Shown here piece after piece: positions 1 to 9,202 of a stretch of DNA of 64,000 bases; positions within the stretch are counted from its first letter, which is position 1; the number at the start of each line of letters is the position of its first letter. Made by a program: the position numbers and the translations under genes. Below the pieces are notes generated by a model. That model was not told the origin of the DNA, searched no databases, and saw only the letters and a list, made by a program, of their open reading frames with translations. Source of the stretch: Terriglobales bacterium (GTDB lineage Bacteria; Acidobacteriota; Terriglobia; Terriglobales; Acidobacteriaceae); NCBI GenBank assembly GCA_052145015.1, contig JBKQPN010000102.1, positions 12,310 through 76,309 of the forward strand. Direction: 5' to 3'.

Positions 1-320
1 CAATCGGAGCCCGGCAGGGCGGCACAAGGATTGGATGGGCATCTCCGGCCACAGGTGTCGCCCTCTGGGCTCGTCGTTTTCTCTAATCTTCCCCCAGCGC
101 TCACGCGCTGGGCTCACCCAAATATCGCCCTGGCGGGCTATCCTCGCTGTCTCCAACAGTCAAGCTGGCGTCGGATCCATTTTGGTGGGGCGGGGCTTCA
201 AGCCGGCATTAAAGGCCTGCTCCACCCTGGTGAATAATCCAGGTGAGGACACTTTTCCACAGCCTGGCCCGCACCGAAATCACAGCGCTGCGATTATGCT
301 TGCTTCATGAGGAAACTCGG

Positions 321-1304
321 ATGCGAGTAGTGGTCACCGGAGGCGCGGGATACATCGGCAGCCATGCGGTGCGCGAGCTGGCGCGGCGCGGGCACCAAGT
401 CGTCATCTACGACAATCTCTCGACTGGCTACCGTCCCTTCGCCAATGGGTTCGAACTGGTCGAGGGCGACATCGGTGATCGCACGCGCCTCGAACCGGCG
501 CTGCGCGGGGCGCAGGCCGTGATGCACTTCGCCGCTCACTGCTACGTCGGCGAATCGGTCGAGAACCCGCGCAAGTATTTCAACAACAACGTGGAGTGCG
601 CTCTCGCCCTGCTGAACACGGCGGTCGACGCGGGGATAAAGACCTTCGTCTTTTCCTCCACCTGCGCCGTGTACGGCGTGCCGCTGAAGGTACCGATCAG
701 CGAAGACAATCCACGCGAGCCCATCAATCCGTACGGCGCCACCAAGCTGCTGTTCGAGCACGCGCTCGATGCCTATTCCAAGGCTTATGGTCTGCGCTTC
801 GCCGCGCTGCGCTATTTCAACGCCGCCGGCGCTGACGAGAGCGGCACGATCGGCGAAGCGCACGATCCGGAAACCCATTTGATCCCCCTGGCGCTGGAGG
901 CCGCGCGCGGCATCCGCACCATTGAGGTGTTCGGGCGCGACTATCCCACGCCCGACGGCACCTGCATCCGCGACTACATCCACGTGAACGATCTCGCCGA
1001 GGCGCACGCGTTGGCCATCGAATACCTCGCCGGGGGGGGTGCATCGGTCGCCCTGAACCTGGGCACCGGCCAGGGACACTCGGTGATGGAAGTGCTGGCG
1101 GCGGTGGAAGCGGTCACCGGGCGCTCGCCCGACCGGCGATATGGTCCGCGGCGGCCGGGCGATCCTCCGGCGCTGGTGGCCGATCCCACACGAGCGGCGC
1201 AGGTGCTGGGCTGGAAAGCGCGGCGGCCGCTGAGAAACGTGGTCGAGACCGCGTGGCACTGGATGCAGAACAGTTCGAAAGTGCTGGCGTGCGCGCCCCG
1301 ATGA
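321..1304 (+). CDS. galE: UDP-glucose 4-epimerase (extended SDR)
   Basis: Track ORF 243..1304. Internal ATG at 321 gives MRVVVTGGAGYIGSH (GxxGxxG Rossmann N-terminus). YxxxK is present in NPYGATKLL. About 327 aa, typical GalE length. Confidence 0.9.
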   Translation: MRVVVTGGAGYIGSHAVRELARRGHQVVIYDNLSTGYRPFANGFELVEGDIGDRTRLEPALRGAQAVMHFAAHCYVGESVENPRKYFNNNVECALALLNTAVDAGIKTFVFSSTCAVYGVPLKVPISEDNPREPINPYGATKLLFEHALDAYSKAYGLRFAALRYFNAAGADESGTIGEAHDPETHLIPLALEAARGIRTIEVFGRDYPTPDGTCIRDYIHVNDLAEAHALAIEYLAGGGASVALNLGTGQGHSVMEVLAAVEAVTGRSPDRRYGPRRPGDPPALVADPTRAAQVLGWKARRPLRNVVETAWHWMQNSSKVLACAPR

Positions 1305-1339
1305 ACGCGCTCGCTGACTTTACGAAGTAAAAACACGAA

Positions 1340-1365
1340 GGGCGCGGAACCCGAATTCCGCGCCC
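1340..1365. terminator. GC hairpin between convergent galE and the PEP-CTERM gene (bidirectional terminator candidate)
   Basis: GGGCGCGGAA-cccgaa-TTCCGCGCCC, perfect 10-bp stem. An A5 run at 1329..1333 gives a T-run after the stem on the minus strand. Confidence 0.6.
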
Positions 1366-1381
1366 GGTTGGTTGAGAATGG

Positions 1382-1702
1382 TTAGCTTGAGGGACGGAGC
1401 CGACGCCGCACCAGCACGCCAGCCGAGATCAGTCCGCTCCCCAGCAGGAGTAGTGACGCTGGCTCTGGGATTGGGACCGCAGGGTCGACGACGGAGACAC
1501 TGCCCAACGGCGCTTGTTGCGCGCGGCTGGGGCTGGATTGCATCAAGGATACAGGCGTGGGGTTGGCCTGCGCGATCTGAACAACCGGAGTCGTGGAAGC
1601 GGAATCCTTGGCGCTCACCGGCGAGGTATCGCTGGAGAGTCTGCCCAAGGCCACAAAGGCCACAAAGGCCACGATCACCACGATGAGCCCGAACTTCTTC
1701 AT
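1382..1702 (-). CDS. Small secreted PEP-CTERM sorting-domain protein (106 aa)
   Basis: Track ORF 1382..1816. ATG at 1702 gives the signal peptide MKKFGLIVVIVAFVAFVAL. The middle is Ser/Thr/Pro/Gln-rich. The C-terminus VPIPEPASLLLLGSGLISAGVLVRRRLR has a PEP motif, a TM helix and an Arg cluster. Confidence 0.75.
   Translation of the reverse strand: MKKFGLIVVIVAFVAFVALGRLSSDTSPVSAKDSASTTPVVQIAQANPTPVSLMQSSPSRAQQAPLGSVSVVDPAVPIPEPASLLLLGSGLISAGVLVRRRLRPSS
1647..1673. repeat. 3 x 9-bp tandem repeat (AAGGCCACA) inside the signal-peptide coding region
   Basis: aaggccaca aaggccaca aaggccacg read directly. On the minus strand it encodes VAFVAFVA. Confidence 0.9.
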
Positions 1703-1969
1703 TCTCCCCCTCACAAGCCCCACCACAGGTTCTGTAGGGTCGGTGTCCAGACCCCTTCCCACGGACAACACGCCGCCGGTTATTGCTGGAGACAGCCGGT
1801 ATAGGGCAATCGTCATACCAAGCCGGCCTTCCGCCCTGGAAAACTAGTGCATTATTTATCAATTACTTAGAGGTGGATTGTAGGCTACCCTACAAAACCG
1901 CGGCGGCGGCAGATGCAATTCCTTGCACCTAATTGACAAGATGGCGGCAATCCGCGGATTTCCACCTAT

Positions 1970-3523
1970 CTATTGCAAGCGGGAGTTGGCGGTGGCCGCT
2001 AAGGCCTCCGCATGAGCAGATTGCTCTTCGATTTCGACCGCCAAGGCGCGCTTCAACGCCTGCGCCAGCACCAGGCGGAACTCCTGGAGCAGGAGATTGA
2101 TGTCCACCGGCAGCGTGCTGTGCGCATATTGCGTGTAGATCACCAGGTAGCCGTGACGGCCGGAACCGGGCAGGGCAAGATCCAGTGACATACTCCACGC
2201 CGGAACCGAGAAAGTGCTGCCCACGCGTCCCCAGGTGAGGTGCACGACGGAGTCGCGGCCGCCGAAGGGCGCCGCATGCGACCGGGCCAGGGTGGCCGAG
2301 CGCAACTCGAAGCCGTCGAAAGCGTTGCCGCTGAAAGTTTCCGCCAGCACCTGGCTGAGTTCCGTGAGGCGATCCACCTGGGCCAGACGAAAGGTGGCGC
2401 GCCGGAACGCCAGGTTGTTGACGATGACCTGCTTCTGCTCCAGGGTGCGGCGCGCGATGCGATGCAGCTCGAAGAACTCGGGATAGTTGAGGTGCTGCAC
2501 TCCGATCCAGATGCCGGCGCCGATCACGAACAGCACCACCCCGATAGTCGGCCCGCCGGGGTAGAGCAACAGCGCGCTCAGCAGTCCGAACACGGCGGAG
2601 ACTCCATAAAGGATCACGACCACCTGGCGCTGGCTCAGGCCGCGCTCCAGCAGCTTGTGATGGATGTGATGGCGGTCGGGAGCGAACAGGGGTTGTCCGC
2701 TGAGGAAGCGGCGCACCACCGAGATGCCGGTCTCCAGGATGGGCAGGCCGAAGGAGACCACGGGAATCGCCACCGCCACCGCGGTGGAGGATTTCCCCGC
2801 GCCCATCAGCGCCAGCACGCTGAGCACGAAGCCAATGAACAAACTGCCGCAGTCGCCGAGGAAAATGGTCGCCGGGTTGAAGTTGAAGCGCAGGAATCCC
2901 AGGATCGCGCCCGCCAGCGCCAGCCCGATCAGGCCGATCATCACCCGGCCGTTCATCAGCGAGATCACCACCACCGTCAGGGTGGAGAAAAGCGCCGAGC
3001 CCGCGGCCAGGCCGTCCAGGCCGTCCACCAGGTTGAAGGCGTTGGTGATGAGCAACACCCAGAAGACGGTGGCGATCAGCGAACCCGCGAAGCCGAGGCT
3101 GCGGTTGCCGAACAGCAGCGGCAGTTCGATGACGCGGAAGCCGCCCAAAAAGATGGACACCGCCGCGATGATCTCCACCGCGAACTTCATCCACGGCCCC
3201 ACGGAAAACAGATCGTCGTAGAGGCCGAGCAGGAAGATCAGCAGCGTGGGCAGCAGGATGCCGAGGATGAGGCGCGGGGCGAAGACATAGCCGAAGCGGG
3301 AGAACGCCATCAGCGCGGCCACTACGCCGATCAAGCACAGGAAAATAGCAACGCCGCCCAGACGCGGGATGGGCGCGGTGTGGACGTCGCGCTCCCGCAG
3401 CCGGCGGCTCTTCCAGCCGCGGCTCAGGGCCTGGTCACGGACGTAGCGGGTCAGGAAAAATGAAATCAGCAGAGATACGATAAAGGTCGCGCAGTATGTC
3501 AGGCCCAAAGATTTCAACGGCAC
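1970..3523 (-). CDS. Polyprenyl-phosphate HexNAc-1-phosphate transferase (MraY/WecA family) with about 170-aa C-terminal extension
   Basis: 517-aa ORF with many TM helices. Motifs: LYDDLFSV, NAFNLVDGLDGLAAG, FLGDCGSLFIGF, DRHHIHHKLL. GTG start at 3523; a TTG at 3517 is an alternative. Confidence 0.85.
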   Translation of the reverse strand: MPLKSLGLTYCATFIVSLLISFFLTRYVRDQALSRGWKSRRLRERDVHTAPIPRLGGVAIFLCLIGVVAALMAFSRFGYVFAPRLILGILLPTLLIFLLGLYDDLFSVGPWMKFAVEIIAAVSIFLGGFRVIELPLLFGNRSLGFAGSLIATVFWVLLITNAFNLVDGLDGLAAGSALFSTLTVVVISLMNGRVMIGLIGLALAGAILGFLRFNFNPATIFLGDCGSLFIGFVLSVLALMGAGKSSTAVAVAIPVVSFGLPILETGISVVRRFLSGQPLFAPDRHHIHHKLLERGLSQRQVVVILYGVSAVFGLLSALLLYPGGPTIGVVLFVIGAGIWIGVQHLNYPEFFELHRIARRTLEQKQVIVNNLAFRRATFRLAQVDRLTELSQVLAETFSGNAFDGFELRSATLARSHAAPFGGRDSVVHLTWGRVGSTFSVPAWSMSLDLALPGSGRHGYLVIYTQYAHSTLPVDINLLLQEFRLVLAQALKRALAVEIEEQSAHAEALAATANSRLQ

Positions 3524-3647
3524 TCTCCTACCGGCGAAAAGCCCAACTGCACGAAGTGGCGATCTGCTTCCCTACTGCTTAGTTTCTCTTTTCTCGCTTC
3601 CGGTTTCTTCCGAGAAGCGCGGGGCGAACCTGCGGAGTAACCTTGGC

Positions 3648-4640
3648 CTACCTTGCCACTGGCAAGCTCACCGACTTGCGTACCTGTTGCGCGATCCAGG
3701 GATAGGTGCGCGACAAACCCTGCTCCAGCGAGATGGCGGGCTCCCAGCCCAGCACCTGGCGCAGGCGCGAATTGTCGGAGTTGCGCCCGCGCACCCCCTG
3801 CGGCCCGGGCACGTGGACCTTGCGGATGGTGACGCCAGCGATGGCCGCGATCATGTCCGCCAACTCGTTGATGGTGACCATCCGATCCTGGCCGAGATTC
3901 AACGGCTGGCTGAAATCGGAACGCATGAGCTTGTTCAGGCCGAGCACGCAATCGTCGATGTAACAGAAGGAGCGCGTCTGCTCGCCGTCGCCCCAGATAT
4001 CAATGTCGTGATTGCCGGTGAGCTTGGCGTGCGCGATCTTGCGGCAGAGCGCGGCCGGCGCCTTCTCGCGTCCGCCGTCCCACGTGCCCAGCGGCCCGAA
4101 AATGTTATGGAAGCGCACGATGCGGGTCTCGATCCCGCACTCCTCGCGGTAGTGGGTGCACAGCCGCTCGATCACCAGCTTCTCCCAGCCGTAGGCATCC
4201 TGCGGCGCGGCGGGATAGGCGTCTTCTTCCTTTAGCGGCTTGCAGTCGGTCTCGGTCTGCAGATATTCGGGATAGATGCAGGCGGAGGAGGTGAACAGAT
4301 ACCGCTTGACCTGGTTGGCGCGCGCGGCTTCCAGGGTGTGGATGTTGATGAGCGCGTTGTTGTGCAGGATCTGCGCGTGGTTGGCGGAGATGAATCCCAT
4401 GCCGCCCATGTCGGCGGCGAGAGCGTATACCTCGTCCATGCCTTCGGTGGCGCGCAGGCAGTTCTCCCAGCGGCGCAGGTCGAGAAGCTGGAAGTCATCG
4501 GCGTCGCTGGGGGTGAACTCAGGATGCTTGATGTCCACCCCGCGGACCCAGTAGCCCTCTCGGCGCAGGAACGACACCAGGTGATGCCCGATGAAGCCTC
4601 CCGCGCCGGTCACGAGAATTTTGCTGGTAGATTTCGGCAC
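3648..4640 (-). CDS. GDP-mannose 3,5-epimerase-like NAD-dependent epimerase
   Basis: 330 aa. GTG start with AGGAGA 9 nt upstream. Rossmann motif ILVTGAGGFIGHH. Collinear blocks recalled from GDP-mannose 3,5-epimerase: ADMGGMGFI, SSACIYPE, PQDAYGWEKL, RFHNIFGPLGTWDGGREKAPAALCRK, GDGEQTRSF, PGPQGVRGRNSDN. Confidence 0.8.
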   Translation of the reverse strand: MPKSTSKILVTGAGGFIGHHLVSFLRREGYWVRGVDIKHPEFTPSDADDFQLLDLRRWENCLRATEGMDEVYALAADMGGMGFISANHAQILHNNALINIHTLEAARANQVKRYLFTSSACIYPEYLQTETDCKPLKEEDAYPAAPQDAYGWEKLVIERLCTHYREECGIETRIVRFHNIFGPLGTWDGGREKAPAALCRKIAHAKLTGNHDIDIWGDGEQTRSFCYIDDCVLGLNKLMRSDFSQPLNLGQDRMVTINELADMIAAIAGVTIRKVHVPGPQGVRGRNSDNSRLRQVLGWEPAISLEQGLSRTYPWIAQQVRKSVSLPVAR

Positions 4641-4653
4641 GATGAACTTTCTC

Positions 4654-5913
4654 CTATGAAGAGTGACGCGGCTGGGAGACGCTGGCGGCAGCCGCGGTTC
4701 GCGAAAAATCGGTAGCCATCGTTTCCAGCGCCCGGATCATCTGCGGGACCAGGATCTGCCGGGAGAACTGGCTGGCGAACTCACGGGCGTACGACCGATC
4801 CGCGCTCGGGTGCTGCGCGGCCACGAGAATTTGCCGGATCACGCTTTCCACTTCCCCGTGTCCAGAAACCAACGCCGAGCCGTTGCCCTGGAAGTCGGCA
4901 ACCAAATCGGTGATGTGACTCTCCTTGGGGCCAATATATAAAAACGGCGCACCCACAGCAAGAATGTTGTACAGCTTGCAGGGATGCACGATGCCCACGA
5001 AAGCCCCGCCCATCACCACCACATGCAGGTCGGCGGCGGAAAGCGAGCCAGCAAGTTCCTCCTGCGGCTGATAGGGCAGGCAGCGGATGTTGGGCGCGCC
5101 GCGACGATAGAGCGCCAGGGGTTTGCGAAACTCACTGCCGCCGCCCACGAACAGGAAAACAATCTCGGGGCGATCGGCGAGGCGCTCAGCCGCCGCCAGC
5201 AGCGTGTCCAGCGGGTGGCACGGGCTGTGGTTGCCGGAGTACATCACGACGAATTTTTCCGCCAAGCCGTGGCGGTCGCGAAAACGCCGGCGCGCTTCCG
5301 GATCGAAGCGCACGCAATCATCGTGCGCCCAGGGCGGAATCACGGCAACCTTCTCCGCCGCGATGCCCTTGGCGCGGATGCGCTGCTGCATGAAGCGGTC
5401 CAGGGCAACGATGCGCTCGGCGCGGCGCATGCTGTAGAGCATCAGGCGGCCGAGCAGGCGCGCGGTCAGCGACTCCGGGCGCAGCCAGCCGGCGGCGATG
5501 GCTTCGTCGGGATTCAGGTCCATGGACCAGAACAGCAGCTTGCGTGCCTTCAGCGGCACCGCCAGCGCCGCCAGTAACGAGATCAGCGGCGGCGAGGTCA
5601 TGGCGATGGCCACATCGAAGCGCGGCAGAAACAGCAGGTGCAGAGCGCAGCTCAGCATGAAGCTGGCAAAGTCGGCAGCACGCCGCCAGCGCGCGGCCTT
5701 GCCGAATCCGGTGGAGAGAGCGCGGATAATGCGGACGCCGCGCCAGTTCTCACGCGGCGGGAAACGCCGCGCACGGTCGTCGTAGGCGCGGTAGTCGGCC
5801 AGTACGGTTACCTGGTGTCCGGCTTTGACGAGCGAGGCGGCCAGATCGCCCGCGTGCTGCGCGCTGGAGACCACGTCGGGGTAAAAGGCCTGGTTGAGGA
5901 TGAGGATTTTCAT
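4654..5913 (-). CDS. Glycosyltransferase, GT-B fold (GT4, WcaI-like)
   Basis: 419 aa. N-terminus MKILILNQAFYPDVVSSAQHAGDLA. ATGA overlap with the stop of the upstream lipoprotein gene (5910..5913). Confidence 0.85.
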   Translation of the reverse strand: MKILILNQAFYPDVVSSAQHAGDLAASLVKAGHQVTVLADYRAYDDRARRFPPRENWRGVRIIRALSTGFGKAARWRRAADFASFMLSCALHLLFLPRFDVAIAMTSPPLISLLAALAVPLKARKLLFWSMDLNPDEAIAAGWLRPESLTARLLGRLMLYSMRRAERIVALDRFMQQRIRAKGIAAEKVAVIPPWAHDDCVRFDPEARRRFRDRHGLAEKFVVMYSGNHSPCHPLDTLLAAAERLADRPEIVFLFVGGGSEFRKPLALYRRGAPNIRCLPYQPQEELAGSLSAADLHVVVMGGAFVGIVHPCKLYNILAVGAPFLYIGPKESHITDLVADFQGNGSALVSGHGEVESVIRQILVAAQHPSADRSYAREFASQFSRQILVPQMIRALETMATDFSRTAAAASVSQPRHSS

Positions 5914-6341
5914 GAATTCAGAGGCGCCGCAAACTCAATCACCGCCTTCGAGGCCCGCGATGATTTACCCCACATCTCAATTAGGTATTCCTTGCCCCGC
6001 TTCAGGGCGAACGTTTTTTCGAAAGCCGGCGTTACGGCTCGGTACGCCTCGTATTCAGGAAACGCTGTGGCAATGTTGTTTTGTCCGGCACAGAGCGTAA
6101 TCTTGTATATCTGACTCCGGTTATCTGTGGGTGGGAACAAAGCCGTGAGGTCCAACACCACCTCTCCAGTATTGCGATCTGTCAGACGCACTCGTGTAAT
6201 GGTGGTCGGGTACTCTCCGAGAGTTTCAACATGAACCACGACGGTGTCTGCGGTTTGAGTTAGCCGAATCGAAGGACGCGAGGCACACCCCACAAGAGTG
6301 CACGTAAACACCAGGGAAAAGACAACGACGAGACGCGGCAT
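5910..6341 (-). CDS. Hypothetical lipoprotein (143 aa)
   Basis: Track ORF 5910..6473. ATG at 6341 gives MPRLVVVFSLVFTCTLVGC (lipobox-like LVGC). Visibly lower GC than its neighbours. Translationally coupled to the downstream glycosyltransferase. Confidence 0.6.
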   Translation of the reverse strand: MPRLVVVFSLVFTCTLVGCASRPSIRLTQTADTVVVHVETLGEYPTTITRVRLTDRNTGEVVLDLTALFPPTDNRSQIYKITLCAGQNNIATAFPEYEAYRAVTPAFEKTFALKRGKEYLIEMWGKSSRASKAVIEFAAPLNS

Positions 6342-6412
6342 GAGCGTTCCGGCGCAGCTTCCTACGGCCATACCTCCTGAACCGGGTCCGTGTCGCCAGC
6401 CATCGCTCCCCT

Positions 6413-8146
6413 TCACCGCTCCACCATGTAGTTGCCGAGGAAAAGCACGTCCATGCGCGTGCGCTGGAAGCAATCCATGGCCTGGTCAGGGGTGCAAACG
6501 ATGGGCTCGTCCTCATTGAACGAGGTGTTGAGCACGACCGGGACGCCGGTGATGCGGTCGAACTCGCGAATCAAGTCGTAATACACGGGATTGGCCTCGC
6601 GCGAGACCGTCTGCAATCGGCCGGAGCCATCCACGTGCGTGACCGCCGGGATGGCGTCGCGTTTCTCCGGCTTGATCTGGTAGACCATCAGCATGCTGGG
6701 CGCGGGATGGGTCTGCTCGAAGTACTCGGCGACGCGGTCCTCGAGAATCGACGGCGCGAATGGGCGGAAGGGCTCGCGCTTCTTGATGCGCGCGTTGAGG
6801 ATGTCCTTCATATCCGGGCGCCGCGGGTCCACCACGATGCTGCGATTGCCCAGGGCGCGCGGGCCGAACTCCATACGCCCCTGGAACCAGCCGACGATCT
6901 TGCCGTCGGCGATGGCCTGCGCCGCCGCGCGGGTGAGTTCGGCATCGTCAAGCAGGCGATACCCGAGCCCGCTCGAGCGCACGACGCGTTCGATCTGCCC
7001 GTTCTTGTATTCCGGGCCGGTGTAGGCGTGGCCCATGATGAAGGTGCGCGGCCGCTGGAGCAGTACGTTTTCGATCCAGTAACACACGCCGAGCGCGGTG
7101 CCGGCATCGCCCGCGGCCGGCTGCACGTACACTTCTTCGAACGGCGTGTTGAGCAGAATCTTGCCGTTCATCACCGAGTTGAACGCCACGCCGCCGGCCA
7201 GCGCCAGCCGCTTGCTTCCCGTCTTCTGGTGCAGGTGCTTCAGGATGTGGAAGCCGACTTCTTCCAGCCGCGCTTGCAGCGAGGCGGCGATGTCCTCGTA
7301 ATGCGAGGCCAGCGGCACGCCGTTGTTGCGCGCCGGGCCGAAGGTCTCGATGAATTTGTCGGAGAAGATGCGGCCGATGGTGGGCGAACCGTCGTCCCAC
7401 GTCATCTCGACACCCTCAGAATGGTGCAGGAAATAGTCGAGGTTCAGCTTGAAGCCGCCGTCGCGCTCGGTCTGGACGATGTCGCGGAACTGCTCCAGGA
7501 AGCGCGGCTTGCCATAGGGCGCCAGGCCCATCACTTTGCCTTCATCGCCGTACTTGGGAAAGCCCAGGTACTGGCTGGTGGCGGTGTACACGATGCCGAC
7601 AGAGTGCGGATACTCGATCACGCCCTCGACCTCGATGCGGTTCCCTTCCCCATAGCCCCACATGGTGCTGATGAAGTCGCCGAAGCCGTCGATGGAGAGG
7701 ATCGCAGCCTGGTCGAAGCCGGAGACCAGAAAGCAGCTCGCCATGTGCGCCTTGTGATGCTCCACGTTGTGAAACTGGGCGCGGAAAGAGTCGGCGGGAA
7801 CGTCGAGGGCGCGCGCCAGTTCCTCGCGCAGGTTGCGCACCTTGGCGGCGTTGGCCAGCCGGGCGGCAATCAGCCCCGACAGGCCCGAGAGCCGCGTGAT
7901 CGAGAACAGGATCTTCTTGTGCAGGTGCGCCGAAGGATCGCGCGAGATGCCGACGTGGTCGAGTTCGGCGGCGGTTATGCCCGCGGCGTCGAGGCAGTAG
8001 CGGATGGCCAGCGCGGGAAAGCCCGCGCAATGCTTCTTGCGATTGAACCGTTCTTCTTCCGCGGCGGCCACCAGCTTGCCATCATGTACGATCGCCGCCG
8101 ACGCATCCCCGTGGTAAGCATTAATTCCCAGGATGTACAAACCCAC
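6413..8146 (-). CDS. Carbamoyltransferase (NodU/CmcH family)
   Basis: 577 aa. ILGINAYHGDASAAIV, EERFNRKKH, and C-terminal VLNTSFNEDEPIVCTP are typical of NodU/CmcH O-carbamoyltransferases. Confidence 0.9.
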   Translation of the reverse strand: MGLYILGINAYHGDASAAIVHDGKLVAAAEEERFNRKKHCAGFPALAIRYCLDAAGITAAELDHVGISRDPSAHLHKKILFSITRLSGLSGLIAARLANAAKVRNLREELARALDVPADSFRAQFHNVEHHKAHMASCFLVSGFDQAAILSIDGFGDFISTMWGYGEGNRIEVEGVIEYPHSVGIVYTATSQYLGFPKYGDEGKVMGLAPYGKPRFLEQFRDIVQTERDGGFKLNLDYFLHHSEGVEMTWDDGSPTIGRIFSDKFIETFGPARNNGVPLASHYEDIAASLQARLEEVGFHILKHLHQKTGSKRLALAGGVAFNSVMNGKILLNTPFEEVYVQPAAGDAGTALGVCYWIENVLLQRPRTFIMGHAYTGPEYKNGQIERVVRSSGLGYRLLDDAELTRAAAQAIADGKIVGWFQGRMEFGPRALGNRSIVVDPRRPDMKDILNARIKKREPFRPFAPSILEDRVAEYFEQTHPAPSMLMVYQIKPEKRDAIPAVTHVDGSGRLQTVSREANPVYYDLIREFDRITGVPVVLNTSFNEDEPIVCTPDQAMDCFQRTRMDVLFLGNYMVER

Positions 8147-8266
8147 TCCCTGCTGGCTGGCCGAACCTGGTTCTTGACTTCAACCGTTGTGAAAATCTTA
8201 GGTGAAGATGAGCGCTCCGGTAAGTTACTCGTTCGGTGCCGCCGTGCAAGACAGGGAAGGCCAAAA

Positions 8267-8332
8267 CCACAGAGGACACAGAGGACGCAGAGGTTTTCAA
8301 CTCATGCTCCGCGTCCTCTGCGTCCTCGGCGG
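8267..8332. repeat. Hairpin of tandem about 9-bp units (CACAGAGGA x3 / loop / complementary arm)
   Basis: Left arm 8267..8293, right arm 8309..8332. Pairing covers about 26 positions with 3 mismatches. The right arm encodes the last codons (PRTQRTRSMS) of the GT2 ORF. Confidence 0.85.
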
Positions 8333-9202
8333 TTCTGGTTTACTGGATTTTTTATTGCGCTCAAATAATTTCGCGTCGATGAGGAAGCGGAACCAGAAGC
8401 CCTGGAGAAAGTGAAAGATCATGCCTTCCTTGCCGTCGAGAAAACCGAGGCGGAGGAAGTAGCGGTAGAACCAGTAGAGAAAGGCGCGCAGGAACAGCGG
8501 CAGCTTCCAGTAGAGCCCTTCGCGCAGCCAGCGGCGGCGCTCAATGGGATTGCCGAAGGGCGAGGCTTCGACCCGGCCCTCGGGATCGCAGCCTTCAGCG
8601 ATCTCGCGCGCTTCCAGTTCCGCCCAGCGCACGTGGCGAGTGGACCACACGCTCAAATCCGAGGTCAGCACGTCCATGTAGTCGTGCTGCAGCTTGCGCA
8701 CGTTGCCGCGCACCACGTAGTGCTGGTCGTAGAGGCGCTCTTCGCATCCGCCGCGGTCCTTGCGGAAGAGCCGCAGGTGGTAGCTGGGATAGTGTCCGCC
8801 GTGCCGGATCCAGCGGCCCATAAAGAGGGTGCGCTTGCGGAACAGGAAGCCGTCCACGTCCGCCGGCGGATTGAGCAGGATGCCGTTGATCTCGGCGGCC
8901 AGTTCCGGGGTGAGGCGCTCGTCGGAGTCGAGATGCAGCACCCACTCGGCGGCCAGCGGCAGATGGTTCTGCGCCCAGTTGCGCTGCGCGCCGTAGGTCT
9001 CGAAGGGATGCTCGAAGACGGCGGCGCCGGCCTGGCGCGCGATCTCGCGCGTGCCATCGGTCGAGCCGGAATCCACCACCAGCACTTCGCAATCGAGGTG
9101 CTTCAGGCTCTCAAGGCAATCGGGGAGGTTCGCCTCCTCGTTATAGGCAAGCACGATGACCGAGACCCTCGGGCGACCGCCGCCCGGCTGGGCTTCGGTC
9201 AC
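8297..9202 (-). CDS. Glycosyltransferase family 2
   Basis: Track ORF 8297..9406 trimmed to the GTG at 9202, which overlaps the asnB-like stop (GTGA). GT-A motifs: VSVIVLAYNEEANLPDCLESL, VVDSGSTDGT, DSDE. Confidence 0.85.
   Translation of the reverse strand: MTEAQPGGGRPRVSVIVLAYNEEANLPDCLESLKHLDCEVLVVDSGSTDGTREIARQAGAAVFEHPFETYGAQRNWAQNHLPLAAEWVLHLDSDERLTPELAAEINGILLNPPADVDGFLFRKRTLFMGRWIRHGGHYPSYHLRLFRKDRGGCEERLYDQHYVVRGNVRKLQHDYMDVLTSDLSVWSTRHVRWAELEAREIAEGCDPEGRVEASPFGNPIERRRWLREGLYWKLPLFLRAFLYWFYRYFLRLGFLDGKEGMIFHFLQGFWFRFLIDAKLFERNKKSSKPEPPRTQRTRSMS

Noticed and set aside
1-240. GC-rich noncoding leader with an imperfect long hairpin (7..72, GAGCCC..AGGGCG / CGCCCT..GGGCTC) followed by GTCGTTTTCTC; possible ncRNA, riboswitch or terminator of an upstream gene
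   Set aside because: I could not match it to any RNA family from memory. The three forward frames and the open reverse frame give non-protein-like translations. There is insufficient evidence for any call.
436-450. GGGTTCGAACTGG resembling a tRNA T-arm
   Set aside because: It lies inside the galE coding frame, and no acceptor or anticodon arms can be drawn around it.
6635-8368. 577-aa plus-strand ORF
   Set aside because: It is antisense to the carbamoyltransferase gene. The translation is not protein-like (runs of R, A, G, D, V). GC-rich antisense artefact.
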